A stretch of DNA of 64,000 bases from an uncultured Eubacteriales bacterium (GCA_964641455.1 CAZXLH010000003.1:8592-72591), one strand, 5' to 3'. Counted from the stretch's first letter, positions 10,753 to 21,113 are shown. The notes: generated by a model not told the origin, from the letters alone. Program-made: numbers and translations.

Positions 10753-11727
10753 TTATTTGGCAGGATTGGGCGGAGTAAGATACTTGGCAAGAAATGCATA
10801 AATTTCGGCTCTTGACTCCTTGGCCAATTTAGTATCTATCCTGTTAAACACATGTCCGCCTGGAGCATCGTCATAGATTTTGTACTCAAAATCTTTTCCA
10901 TATGCCTTTAGCGACTTAATAAGATGTTCGACCTCAAGCACATTTACGTCTTCGTCGTTGGTACTGGTATGAATGAGCAGCGGCGTTTGCAATTTTTCAG
11001 CATTCCAGGCAGGAGACCTTCGCCTATATTCTTGCACGTCTTCATAAGCGGTCTTGCCAATATGATAGTTTGCTGAAAACAATTGCCTGTAATCTTCAGT
11101 TTTGTATCCCATACGAGCCACTACGTCACTGACCGGCACTCCGGCATATCCGGCCTTGTAACTCTCAGGATGGTTAAACAAGTTCATGAGCGTGATCATT
11201 CCGCCATGGCTCCAACCCATAATACCTACTCTCTCCGGGTCTACCAAAGGCTCGTTCTCTACCATCCAGTTTCTTGCTTCCCAAACGTCTTCGTTTTCGA
11301 GCCCGCCATAGTCTATGAACTTGTAAAACTGCTCGCCGTACCCTGTGCTTCCTCGGTATTCAGGAGCGATAATAATATATCCCTGCTCCAAAAGTTCACG
11401 GATAACATTTGCTGATCCTGACTTAAAGTTGGAATGAACACCTCCATGGACAAACACTAATAGCGGGTATTTGCTCCCGGCTTTTGCATCGCAGGGAACA
11501 AAAGTATACGCCTGAATCTTAAGCGGATTGCCCCTGTCTTGAGGTGATTGAGCCAAAGGGTTCGCCGGCGGAGGCCCGGTAAATGTTACCTTGTCAATCT
11601 TGGCTATGTGGCCCAATTTCTGATACCACATTAGGTCATCAATTTGCTTCGACAAAGATTCATACATGTGATATATGCTCTGTTGCCGACGTTCAAACTC
11701 TTCAAGTTTCTTTAGAATTTGGTCCAT
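10753..11727 (-). CDS. S9-family (prolyl oligopeptidase-like) alpha/beta hydrolase
   Basis: HGGVH, YRGSTGYG, nucleophile GWSHGG, Asp in DEDV, His in GGHVF; no beta-propeller; short helical N-terminus. Confidence 0.85.
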   Translation of the reverse strand: MDQILKKLEEFERRQQSIYHMYESLSKQIDDLMWYQKLGHIAKIDKVTFTGPPPANPLAQSPQDRGNPLKIQAYTFVPCDAKAGSKYPLLVFVHGGVHSNFKSGSANVIRELLEQGYIIIAPEYRGSTGYGEQFYKFIDYGGLENEDVWEARNWMVENEPLVDPERVGIMGWSHGGMITLMNLFNHPESYKAGYAGVPVSDVVARMGYKTEDYRQLFSANYHIGKTAYEDVQEYRRRSPAWNAEKLQTPLLIHTSTNDEDVNVLEVEHLIKSLKAYGKDFEYKIYDDAPGGHVFNRIDTKLAKESRAEIYAFLAKYLTPPNPAK

Positions 11728-11833
11728 TCAAATCACTCCTTAGTCAAAACTACGTCGAACCCCATATACTAATTTCAACAAGCAATGCAAAATGCCTTTA
11801 ATGAATAATCAAAATAATTAAAACTCCCACATT

Positions 11834-13072
11834 CTAATTGCTGTGGTACTTTAAGGCTTTGATCCATAGATGAACCGCTAATCGTATGCTCGGGTCGTCT
11901 AAAGGAAAGTCTACTACTTGCTTGATTTTGCGAAGCCGGTAATCAACCGTATTGGGATGAACATAAAGATGCCCTGCAGCATCTTTACGTTTGCCTCCGT
12001 AATCAAGCATGGCTTCCAAAGTCTTCAGCAACTCGGTACCATTGAGTTTGTCATAAAGAGCAATTTTATGAACTACGCCTCTTCCGTAAGCACCTCTTGT
12101 TTTGCATTCAGGCATGCAAGCCACCAAGTCGTAAAGAGCCGCCTGGCCATAATCAATAAAAGGTTCGTCTTGAAGAACGTTTAACCCGGCAGCAAGTTCT
12201 ATTGATTCAGAAGCTTCTTGATAGCTCTTGCTTACAGAAGAAAGTTCTTCATAACAACACCCAATACCTATAAATACAGATAGTTTAGCCTGTTCCATGT
12301 GACGGCTCAAGCCAAGGGCAATCTGCTTTACCCGGCGGCAAGATTCACCAAACACTATGGCCACCGTTCGGCCGGCATAAATACCAACCATAGCTTCAAC
12401 TTTGTTTTGTGCAGCAAACTCTTCTGTATTTTGCCTCAACGTTTTAAGATTATGTGATAACCGGGCAGGTTTAGCTGCCAAAACCATGACGTTAAACGGC
12501 GGAACAAGGCTCCACCCGTGCAACCTTGCTTTGTATTCAATAAGGCCCAACTTGCTACCGCTTGAAGACAGAATTTCAGCAATAAGTAAGTCTACACTGT
12601 TAGTTTGCTCCAAAGAGAGGTGCTGAGCATCGCAGAGTTTATTCGAAAGCAACCTTGCCGTCTTGATAATGGCTGCTTCATCTTTGGTTGAGAGCGGAAC
12701 CCCGTCATCTTTTACCCACAAATACCCTAAAACTTTGCGCCCTAAACGTACAGCTAACGCTATTCTTGAATTAAAATCAATTTCGGGAATCGCCTCAACC
12801 CTTACCACTCCAGGCGATGAATTGATTAACTTGTATACCCCGTGTTTTCTCAAAACTTCAATAGTGTTCTCAGAAGCGCCTTTTCTCAAAAGGGTTTCCA
12901 TCCTAACTGCATCAACAGGAGATTCATGAGCAGAATACGCGATAAGCGTATTATCGATATTTTCCACAGTGATAGGCCTCCCTATCAACCGTGCCAATTC
13001 ATCTACCAGGGCCTGGATCTCCATTGGATTTTTTCTCCTGAAAATCTCAACACTCATATTTAAATCAATCAC
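11834..13072 (-). CDS. PucR/CdaR-family transcriptional regulator
   Basis: C-terminal LYVHPNTVDYRLRKI helix-turn-helix; N-terminal sensor region and GGDEF-like middle domain. Confidence 0.9.
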   Translation of the reverse strand: MIDLNMSVEIFRRKNPMEIQALVDELARLIGRPITVENIDNTLIAYSAHESPVDAVRMETLLRKGASENTIEVLRKHGVYKLINSSPGVVRVEAIPEIDFNSRIALAVRLGRKVLGYLWVKDDGVPLSTKDEAAIIKTARLLSNKLCDAQHLSLEQTNSVDLLIAEILSSSGSKLGLIEYKARLHGWSLVPPFNVMVLAAKPARLSHNLKTLRQNTEEFAAQNKVEAMVGIYAGRTVAIVFGESCRRVKQIALGLSRHMEQAKLSVFIGIGCCYEELSSVSKSYQEASESIELAAGLNVLQDEPFIDYGQAALYDLVACMPECKTRGAYGRGVVHKIALYDKLNGTELLKTLEAMLDYGGKRKDAAGHLYVHPNTVDYRLRKIKQVVDFPLDDPSIRLAVHLWIKALKYHSN

Positions 13073-13163
13073 GCTGTTTTGTGGTTGTTCTCATTTATTT
13101 TGTAATTCTTCAAGCAAAGTTGCGCATTTTCCTTCTTTGAGTGATATGTATAAGCAATATTAT

Positions 13164-13195
13164 TAAGGGCCCTGGATTATAATAAGGGCCCTTAT
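13164..13195. terminator. Putative intrinsic terminator after the M24 peptidase gene
   Basis: AAGGGCCCT-N11-AGGGCCCTT inverted repeat about 60 bp downstream of the stop, with AT-rich flanks. Confidence 0.45.
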
Positions 13196-13255
13196 CTTGA
13201 AACTTGCCTCAAACTGCTCAAGGGCAGGCGCAATATGGATAAGAACCAAAATAAA

Positions 13256-14386
13256 TTACTCGCCTAAGAGATTACGGGGATACTTGGTAAGGCTCTTAAT
13301 GCCTTCGGGTGTAAGCACCACGTCATCTTCAACCCTCACCCCTCCCTTTCCAGGGAGATAGATGCCCGGTTCTATGGTAAACGTGGATCCTACCGGCAGA
13401 GGGTTGTTATTTGATGCAACCACATAAGGCTCTTCATGTATTTCAAGCCCAAGCCCGTGCCCGGTCCTATGTATGAATTTATCTCCATAGCCATGGGCAG
13501 CAATCACGTCTCTGGCCAGAGCATCCACCTCGGCCCCGGTCATTCCGGGTTTTGCCTTGAGCCTGGCGTTTTGCTGAGCCTCTACCACAATTTGATATAC
13601 CCGCCTGAGTTCATCTGAAATCTCGCCAATGGCATAGGTTCTTGTAATATCAGACCAGTAACCGTTAACATTGGCACAAAGGTCCAGCCATGCCAAATCT
13701 CCCGGCTCAATAACCCGGGAGCCTGTGCCTGCATGAGGTATTGCAGTATCTGCCCCGGTTGCCAAAGACATTCCAACTGCCTGCGCTCCTTCCAGCTTCA
13801 ACTGCCTCTCGATCTCAAGCACTATTTCAGTAGCTCGTTTCCCCGGAGCCAGCAGCTTCTTAGCCAAATCCGCCCCCAAATCTGCGAGCCTTGCAGCTTC
13901 TTGCATGTTACTGAGTTCATCTTCATCCTTAACCATCCTGAGATCTTTCATGATTTCTCCTGCATCAACCCAGGAAAACTCATCCATGACACTCTTCATA
14001 AGCGAATACTCAAGCATTCTAAGGCTTCGATATTCCAAAGCCCATGTACCTGAGCGAGACTCAAGGGCTTCATTGAATGCTTTACGGGGGCCCTCTTCGT
14101 CGGTATACGAATGCACGGAAAAGTCAACCGGAACACCTTGATCTTTCAACTTACTTGATACCGATTCCCCTTTCTGCTTTTCCAGTTCAGGCATAACAAA
14201 ACAAGCTGTGCCCTCGCTTGTGACTATCAGCAAAGTCGGCCTTTCTGACAGCCCCATGGAAAGCCCGGTCATGTAGAACATGTTTGGCCCAGGCATAAAC
14301 ACTATACCTGATGCCCGGGAAGTTTTGATTGCTTTGGTGAGTTTGTCCCACCTGGCCTTAAGCATGTCAATTCTCCTTTCGTGCAA
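13256..14386 (-). CDS. Xaa-Pro dipeptidase/aminopeptidase (M24B)
   Basis: Creatinase N-domain plus D-L-C, SDITRT, HRTGHGLGLEIHE, TIEPGIY and RVEDD metal-site motifs. Confidence 0.93.
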   Translation of the reverse strand: MHERRIDMLKARWDKLTKAIKTSRASGIVFMPGPNMFYMTGLSMGLSERPTLLIVTSEGTACFVMPELEKQKGESVSSKLKDQGVPVDFSVHSYTDEEGPRKAFNEALESRSGTWALEYRSLRMLEYSLMKSVMDEFSWVDAGEIMKDLRMVKDEDELSNMQEAARLADLGADLAKKLLAPGKRATEIVLEIERQLKLEGAQAVGMSLATGADTAIPHAGTGSRVIEPGDLAWLDLCANVNGYWSDITRTYAIGEISDELRRVYQIVVEAQQNARLKAKPGMTGAEVDALARDVIAAHGYGDKFIHRTGHGLGLEIHEEPYVVASNNNPLPVGSTFTIEPGIYLPGKGGVRVEDDVVLTPEGIKSLTKYPRNLLGE

Positions 14387-14437
14387 GTGCTAAATCTACA
14401 CCTTGCACATTACTCACGACGGTAACTTCCAAAAGTC

Positions 14438-16096
14438 TTACCGATCTACTTTGCTGGGAAAGCCTGTTAGCACCCTGTTTTTGTACCCATCGCCAAGTTT
14501 GAGGAAATTCTCCATTGTTTTGAGGCTCACCCTTGGCAGAGAGAAGATCACTTCAGTGAAATCCTTGTCGCTTAAACCAAACTCATCCTGCAAATCAGCA
14601 AGCCGCTTCATACCGTAGTAGTAACAGGTGAAATATCCTGCCATAAGCTGCTGAGCCAATACCTGGCCCTCGGCTACTTTCCTTTCGAACCCCAGCTCCT
14701 GAATATAAAGATCCACAATCTCGTCAAAAGGACGTCCGAAGTACCGTAGCCATAAATCAGCCTTTATCCTAACAGATGTATGATGGCGCCTGTATGCCAC
14801 AAACAGGGGGTAGAACGGATCTTCCGGATACACAAACTCCATAAGCCTTTCAGATCTATGAGCGCTGCCTTCAGACGTAGGCACTCCTCTGGCGCCTGCT
14901 TTGACTGTTTCGGGTAAAGGATCAAGCACGGCTCTCACCCACTGCACATGGTGGCCGGGATAACATTCATGAATAGCGTTCATTTTTATCCAGCCGTCTG
15001 TTATGGCCTTGTAATTTGCTACGTTAAGAATCGTCTCTCCTTGAAGAGGCCTTCTTCTCGGGCAACCGCCTCCGTAACCTCCCCACGGGTAATGCTTGAC
15101 CAAAGTCTCAGGGGTGGGTACCACAATGACACTTTCCTCAGGCAACCTTACATAGTCCCGGGTCGCCTTTTGAGCTCTGTCAAGATACTCTCTCATTCTC
15201 ACAAACATTTCATCAGGAGTATCACACGGGCCTTGAAACTTGTTAAGAATATCTACTACGTCCGCTACGGTTTCAGCCTTTGGCACGCCTGCAGCATCGA
15301 TATTATTTGCAATTTCAAACATTTCAGCTCTTGTTTTGTCAATTTCTTCTTCGTGCCAATCCAAAAGTTCGTCCAATTCCACTCCAAACTGGTTTTGAAG
15401 AAGGTACCTGTAACGTTCTATTGAATCTTCCTGAGGCTCATCAACCTTCTTGCCATTTGAATCCTTGCGTTCAAAAATATGTTGTCTTATTTGGTTTTCC
15501 CAATTTTTTGCCTTAACCGCAGTCTGTTCGAGGTTATACTCAATTTGCTCCATAGTTCTTTCAGAGAGGCCATTGAACAGTTTACGAACCCGAGGCTTCA
15601 TTTTGTGAGCAACAAGCGCAAGGGTATCGCACACATCCTCCATTTGCCCAACTTCTTCAATTTCTGTCTCCGGAAGAAGCCCTTCAATACCTTCCCGAAG
15701 TTGGTCTGCCATGCCCAACCTCGTAAGAAGGATCTTTGCCCTTTCAGTGCTCTCTCTTGAGTCCTTCCGTGAATAATAGTCTATAGAACCTGATAGGCCG
15801 CTTATAAATGAACCGGGAGCTTCAAACATTCTCTTTAAGGCAGAAACCTGCCCTTTTAAGAACTCATCAAAGTGATTCTTTAAGAGTTCATAAACCGGAT
15901 CCGGAGCCGGTAAGTTTGAAGCTTCATCTAAAAGAGCCTCAATCTCCTTTAGGGCTTGTTTCTTATCCTCTTCATGAGGCACATACAAATCTATTTCATA
16001 TTCCCGAATGTTCTTGAACTCGTCAAGCACGATAGCACACCTGGCGTCAAAATCCCTGTAACGTTCAACAAGCAAATTTCCTTCATTTACTTCCAT
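14438..16096 (-). CDS. DUF885-family protein, paralog 1 (putative metallopeptidase)
   Basis: AIHECYPGHHVQ motif, downstream EGSAH, and Y.TCYYYG; all-helical; no signal peptide. Confidence 0.75.
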   Translation of the reverse strand: MEVNEGNLLVERYRDFDARCAIVLDEFKNIREYEIDLYVPHEEDKKQALKEIEALLDEASNLPAPDPVYELLKNHFDEFLKGQVSALKRMFEAPGSFISGLSGSIDYYSRKDSRESTERAKILLTRLGMADQLREGIEGLLPETEIEEVGQMEDVCDTLALVAHKMKPRVRKLFNGLSERTMEQIEYNLEQTAVKAKNWENQIRQHIFERKDSNGKKVDEPQEDSIERYRYLLQNQFGVELDELLDWHEEEIDKTRAEMFEIANNIDAAGVPKAETVADVVDILNKFQGPCDTPDEMFVRMREYLDRAQKATRDYVRLPEESVIVVPTPETLVKHYPWGGYGGGCPRRRPLQGETILNVANYKAITDGWIKMNAIHECYPGHHVQWVRAVLDPLPETVKAGARGVPTSEGSAHRSERLMEFVYPEDPFYPLFVAYRRHHTSVRIKADLWLRYFGRPFDEIVDLYIQELGFERKVAEGQVLAQQLMAGYFTCYYYGMKRLADLQDEFGLSDKDFTEVIFSLPRVSLKTMENFLKLGDGYKNRVLTGFPSKVDR

Positions 16097-16240
16097 AAAC
16101 CAATACCTCCTCTGATAAATCGATTTCCAACTCTAAAAAAGCAACGCTATCAGGTTGAAAACAGTCAGGCTTGAAGTCAGGTTGTCTGATATATAAACCA
16201 GTCTTCTACGTACACCGAAAGATTTCCTTCTTAACCGTGT

Positions 16241-17434
16241 TTATCTGCGTCTTGGTTTGGATAACCTGCTTAACTTGAGAGGTTCTAAGTCAAGAACAGG
16301 TGTTTCACCGACCAGCATCTGAGATACAAGCACTCCGGTTATAGGAGCCAATCCTATTCCATCCCCTTCATGCCCTGCGGCAATATAAAGGCCCGGAACA
16401 GTATCTACATCTGAAATAATGGGCAAATGATCAGGGGTATAGGGCCTCAAACCTGCATAAGCCCTAATGACTCTTACATTCTCGATGCAAGGAAAAAACC
16501 TAAGGGCGCGTCGTGCCATAAGTTCAACCACCCGCATATTGCATGATGAATCGAAACCGGCAAATTCCCGGCTTGAGCCTATGAGAAAGTTGCCATGATG
16601 GGTTGGTTCAAAAACCATGGCTACCCCATATTTCTCCATGTCAGGTTCTACATCACGCCTGCCTGTTTGGCCGAATTTAGCCATTAAGTATCCAAACTCC
16701 TGCATCTTGCGGGAACCAACTTTGAAACTTTTCTCAGCAACAAGGATATGCCCTTTTCTGGGAATGATAGGCACATCTACACCACAGGTACGTGCGATCG
16801 AAGGGGTCCAAACGCCTGAAGCTAATACAACTTTGGGCGCCAAAATTTTCCCCTCACTTGTGTCTGCCCCCAGGATTCGGCCTTTGGCATCTTGAAGCAA
16901 ACAGCCTACCCGGGTAAAAGTTTTAATAAGAGCGCCCTTTCTCTTAGCTGCATCTACATACGCATAGGCCAAAGCCATTGGATTTAAGGATGAATCTGAG
17001 GCACATTCAAGAAGCCCAATAATATCTTGAGCAACCATTGGTTCATATTGATGAACGTCACAAGATCCTATGTACCGTACAGGAACTCCTGAACCCTTTA
17101 AGAGATTAGCCCATTCCAAAGCCATTTGAGCCTGGAGCCGGTTTTCCACTGCCAATGTACTCCCAGGCTGCCTGTATTCAAAATCAAATGAAAGTTCGTC
17201 TTGAAGCGTTGTATAAAGGCGCTGGCTTTCATAGGCCATTTTTGCATCGAATCCCGGCTGTTTGTCTATAACAAGCACATTCCCATCACACGCTGACGAA
17301 GTACCTGAAGCAACATCACCCTGTTCCACAGCAATAACTTTCATTCCGGCTTTGGAAAGATAATATGTTATAGACGCTCCGATGGCCCCACAGCCTACTA
17401 CCAATACATCACAAGTATCAACCATTTTCTTCAC
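16241..17434 (-). CDS. FAD-dependent amino-acid dehydrogenase catalytic subunit (DAO family), module 1
   Basis: GCGAIG dinucleotide fold, ASGTSSACDG, AGLRPYTPD and GHEGDGIGLAP motifs. Confidence 0.88.
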   Translation of the reverse strand: MKKMVDTCDVLVVGCGAIGASITYYLSKAGMKVIAVEQGDVASGTSSACDGNVLVIDKQPGFDAKMAYESQRLYTTLQDELSFDFEYRQPGSTLAVENRLQAQMALEWANLLKGSGVPVRYIGSCDVHQYEPMVAQDIIGLLECASDSSLNPMALAYAYVDAAKRKGALIKTFTRVGCLLQDAKGRILGADTSEGKILAPKVVLASGVWTPSIARTCGVDVPIIPRKGHILVAEKSFKVGSRKMQEFGYLMAKFGQTGRRDVEPDMEKYGVAMVFEPTHHGNFLIGSSREFAGFDSSCNMRVVELMARRALRFFPCIENVRVIRAYAGLRPYTPDHLPIISDVDTVPGLYIAAGHEGDGIGLAPITGVLVSQMLVGETPVLDLEPLKLSRLSKPRRR

Positions 17435-17690
17435 CGGCTAATAACCCAAAAGTCACAGGCAATATAGGGGGTCGTGCCCTGGCAGGCTCTATATCATCCA
17501 CTGGCTTATGCAATTCTCTTGCCAAAACATACATTAGCAAGTGCTCGCATGATCTGCCCTGGCACAAACCCATCCCTGCTCTGGTGCGCCTTTTAATACC
17601 GTTAATATCCGAAGCACCGCCGGCAATTGCCTTCTTTATCTCACCGAGGGTTACTTCCTCGCAACGGCAAACGATGACGCTGTCATCCAA
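17418..17690 (-). CDS. BFD-like [2Fe-2S] subunit, module 1
   Basis: CRCEEV...RAGMGLCQGRSC. Confidence 0.9.
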   Translation of the reverse strand: MDDSVIVCRCEEVTLGEIKKAIAGGASDINGIKRRTRAGMGLCQGRSCEHLLMYVLARELHKPVDDIEPARARPPILPVTFGLLAGEENG

Positions 17691-18861
17691 TCAAATTGCT
17701 CCTTTCGTTTTGAGTGTAGGATTTGTGTTCCTGCAGCTGTCGCCACTCATTGGCTATGGCTTGTTTGGCTCTTTGCTTGCTATACCCAAAGGGGCCTGCC
17801 CTAAGCCGGTTTAGCCTTTGCCAAGCAGTTTCCATTCGGCTGCTTACAGTTTGATGTGCCGCAGGATTAAACCTCCTGGCAATAGCCAGCCCGGCCACCC
17901 GGCCTTCTTCCATAGCTACTCCCGCTTCCTCAACACCTGCTAAATCGCCTGCAATGTAAATACCCCTAACACCGGTCTCCATTTCTTCATCATGTAAGGG
18001 GACCCATCCACCCAAATCAGGAACATACGAGAGAGTACATCCGGCTAAAGCCGCCAGGTTGGCATAGGGCCTTAACCCTGCCGCTATACAGACAGTATCT
18101 ACATCTACAATTGTCTTCGTATCTTCAATTACCTCGAAATCTGCATCTACTTCAGCAATTTCCGCACCACAAACCTGGTTCTCGCCTAATGCTCTTGTGA
18201 TAGTATGGCCTGTGAGCACCGGAACACCTGACCTTCTGGCTTTGGCCGCATGCACCGCATATCCTCCTATGCTCGGAGCCGCCTCTACTATACAAGAAAC
18301 CTCTGCTCCTGCCTGCATCAACTGGTAAGCGACTATAAGCCCAACATTGCCTGAACCAACAATTAAGAACCGCTTCCCTGGAAGCACTCTTTGTACATTG
18401 ACAAATGTTTGGGTTGCCCCTGCACCCATGACCCCGGGCAAGGTCCATCCCGGAAACATAACTGATTTTTCCGATGCACCTACTGCAAACACAAGGGTAC
18501 GGGCTAATACTACGTCCTTGCAGGGAGACGAACTGCCTGAAAACCTCGATTCGTGCACACCTCTAATGATTTCAACCACATTGCCGCTGTGCACTGCGTA
18601 TACTTCTGAATCCAGCCAAAACCTAACTCCAAGATCCAGGGCTTCGGCATAAAGCTGTTGTGCAATCAAAGTACCCCTCACACCCGCTTTGTGTTCCGTG
18701 GCACCGAAAAATCTGTGTATTTGCTTTGTTAGCTGGCCTCCGGGCACAAGGTTCGAATCGACTACAATCACACTCAAATCATACCTCGCAGCCTCGATGG
18801 CGGCAGTAAGCCCTGCAGGCCCGGCACCTACCACACATACGTCAACTTGTTGCCGACTCAT
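17683..18861 (-). CDS. NAD(P)/FAD-dependent oxidoreductase subunit, module 1
   Basis: GAGPAG, FPGWTLPGVMGAG, GSGNVG and GIYIAGD motifs. Start taken at the ATG at 18861. Confidence 0.88.
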   Translation of the reverse strand: MSRQQVDVCVVGAGPAGLTAAIEAARYDLSVIVVDSNLVPGGQLTKQIHRFFGATEHKAGVRGTLIAQQLYAEALDLGVRFWLDSEVYAVHSGNVVEIIRGVHESRFSGSSSPCKDVVLARTLVFAVGASEKSVMFPGWTLPGVMGAGATQTFVNVQRVLPGKRFLIVGSGNVGLIVAYQLMQAGAEVSCIVEAAPSIGGYAVHAAKARRSGVPVLTGHTITRALGENQVCGAEIAEVDADFEVIEDTKTIVDVDTVCIAAGLRPYANLAALAGCTLSYVPDLGGWVPLHDEEMETGVRGIYIAGDLAGVEEAGVAMEEGRVAGLAIARRFNPAAHQTVSSRMETAWQRLNRLRAGPFGYSKQRAKQAIANEWRQLQEHKSYTQNERSNLIG

Positions 18862-19168
18862 CACCAAAGCCTCCTGTTCCGTATTGGGTTTCAATTACCA
18901 TACCGCTTGTAACAGGAGTAACACATGTTTTTACATTCGGAACGCCGTTTACAGTCATAATACAATCGCTACACTGCCCAATTCCGCAAAATACTCCGCG
19001 CGGTTGGTGCCTTTTCGGAGTGTATCTGTGAATTCTGATTCCTGCGGCCATCAAGGCTGCAGCAATTGTTTCTCCGTCCCGGGCCAAAATTCTTCTTCCG
19101 TCAACAGTAATTTCCACTGGTTTAGCAGGTGGGAGCTTTCCAAGAACAGGGTGTGAAACCACTCTCAC
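18842..19168 (-). CDS. [2Fe-2S] (Fer2_4) subunit, module 1
   Basis: GETIAAAL...FCGIGQCSDC...C. Start taken at the GTG at 19168. Confidence 0.88.
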   Translation of the reverse strand: MRVVSHPVLGKLPPAKPVEITVDGRRILARDGETIAAALMAAGIRIHRYTPKRHQPRGVFCGIGQCSDCIMTVNGVPNVKTCVTPVTSGMVIETQYGTGGFGDESATS

Positions 19169-19223
19169 GTTTCTGCCTCCTTGCAAGGTAAAACCCTATG
19201 CAAATGCAAAAGCCGAACCGATA

Positions 19224-20228
19224 TCAAAGCAAAAATCCATTTTTTAAAGGATCCCTTGAATCAACCACAAAGTTGTGTATTCCGGTAACAAAAGCGCTTC
19301 CGGTTATCTCACATACAATGCCTGATACCCCTCCGACACAGGCTTCACCTACGATAGCGGCTGATAACCTGGTACCGATAATGCTTTCATTTATAAACAC
19401 TTCACCTACACCAATTTCGCCTCTTGCATACATAGATGCCAATACTGCACAAGTCCCCGTACCACACGGGGATCTGTCTATTGCATCGTGGGTAATCAAA
19501 ACCGCGTTTTTGCCATGGGTTTCAGGTGAAGACGGGCCTGCCTTAAAACATACATGAGTAACCCCTTCAATAAATGGCTTTTCAGGATGTACTACTTTGA
19601 ATTCTGCATTGATGGCTTGTCTTATCATTTTGCCTGCTCTGATTATGTCCAAAGATGATTCAGGGCTGACTTTCAAGCCAAGATCTTCAGCATCAACGAT
19701 AGCAAAGAAATTCCCGCCGTAAGCAATGTCGAACCTTATATTGCCGAGCCCCGATACGTATACATTCTTGTCGCCGGCATATAAAAAAGACGGTGCGTTA
19801 GTCAAAGTTACCGACTGAGTAACACCGTCTTTTACCAGGGCTCTTACATCAACCAGGCCTGCAGGAGTCTCGAGAGTAACAAGTGTAACAGGTTCGGAAA
19901 CACCAATTACCTTTGATTCAATAAGGGCAGTGCAAAAGCCAATTGTATCGTGGCCACACATAGGGAGGTAGCCACCTGCCTCAAGATAGATAACTCCCAC
20001 ATCTGCATCTGGATGGCACGGCTCTGTAAGTATAGCGCCTGACATCACACTATGCCCTCTTGGCTCTTGCATAAGCATAGTGCGAATGTGATCCATGTTC
20101 TCACGAAAATACAGCATCTTTTCAGATACTGTATTTCCCTGTATTGGGCCTATTCCTCCAATGATCGTCCTGGTAGGTTCGCCACAAGTATGCGTATCTA
20201 TACACATTACCGTTCTTTCGAATCTCAT
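19224..20228 (-). CDS. Proline racemase family enzyme, most likely 4-hydroxyproline 2-epimerase
   Basis: Both catalytic Cys are present (MCGH, DRSPCGTG). The HSVMSGA segment has Ser where clostridial proline racemase PrdF has Phe, resembling Bacillus-type Hyp epimerases. Confidence 0.85.
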   Translation of the reverse strand: MRFERTVMCIDTHTCGEPTRTIIGGIGPIQGNTVSEKMLYFRENMDHIRTMLMQEPRGHSVMSGAILTEPCHPDADVGVIYLEAGGYLPMCGHDTIGFCTALIESKVIGVSEPVTLVTLETPAGLVDVRALVKDGVTQSVTLTNAPSFLYAGDKNVYVSGLGNIRFDIAYGGNFFAIVDAEDLGLKVSPESSLDIIRAGKMIRQAINAEFKVVHPEKPFIEGVTHVCFKAGPSSPETHGKNAVLITHDAIDRSPCGTGTCAVLASMYARGEIGVGEVFINESIIGTRLSAAIVGEACVGGVSGIVCEITGSAFVTGIHNFVVDSRDPLKNGFLL

Positions 20229-20255
20229 TGAGCGACCTCCTGCGAATCCGGAACA

Positions 20256-20975
20256 CTAGTTGCTACTGCCGCTTTTTGCCTTCCCTAAAGCATCTCTTAC
20301 AATATCTAAATGCTCATGCATCTTGTTACCTGCAGACACTGCGTCTCCGTCATGCAAAGCTTGCAAGATAACTTCGAATTGCTCAACGGTTCGCTCGAAA
20401 GTATAAGGCAACGTCCTTAAGAATCTCTCAGCGTCTTTGTTGACTCTCCGAATCAAGACACTTACCAGCTCTGTCAATACTGCATTTTGACAGGCTCCGG
20501 CCAGAGTCAAATGAAAATCCAGCTCTTTTTCGAAAAACAGATCCATATCATCATCCATAACATCTTTCATTGATTCCAAAAGTTGCTCAAGTTTTGCAAT
20601 AACCTCATCAGTTGCCCTTTCAGCGGCAAGCCCGGCAGTGGTTACCTCAATCAGCCTTCTGGCCTCCATCAATTCAAAAGCAGGCGCCTGCTTCAGGGCC
20701 AACCTCCAATTCTGAGAGTTAATCAACGCCATGGCATCTTGGGACAAAAACCGGCCAACACCGGGCCTGGATTCAACAAGGCCCATATACTCCAGAGAAT
20801 GCAACGCTTCTCTTACTGACGAACGGCCCACTCCAAACCCTTCGCAAAGTTCCTTTTCCGTAGGCAGTTTCTCCCCCGGTTTGAGTACCCCGTTTTCAAT
20901 CATGTCGCGAATTCTGTCTGTAATCATCTCAGTGATTTTACTTGGCTTCCGTAAACGTCCTATATTACCTAGCAA
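20256..20975 (-). CDS. GntR/FadR-family transcriptional regulator
   Basis: LPTEKELCEGFGVGRSSVREAL winged HTH plus FCD domain. Confidence 0.93.
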   Translation of the reverse strand: MLGNIGRLRKPSKITEMITDRIRDMIENGVLKPGEKLPTEKELCEGFGVGRSSVREALHSLEYMGLVESRPGVGRFLSQDAMALINSQNWRLALKQAPAFELMEARRLIEVTTAGLAAERATDEVIAKLEQLLESMKDVMDDDMDLFFEKELDFHLTLAGACQNAVLTELVSVLIRRVNKDAERFLRTLPYTFERTVEQFEVILQALHDGDAVSAGNKMHEHLDIVRDALGKAKSGSSN

Positions 20976-21113
20976 ATTGCATCTCCCCCTCGTAAAGAAC
21001 CCTAATAAATCTTCCAGGGATTATCAGGCTGTCATACATCCTGATAATCATTCTATACCTATTAGGATTCCCCTGCAGAAAATCAACCTTTCGGGGAAGA
21101 TGAACCAGAGCCT

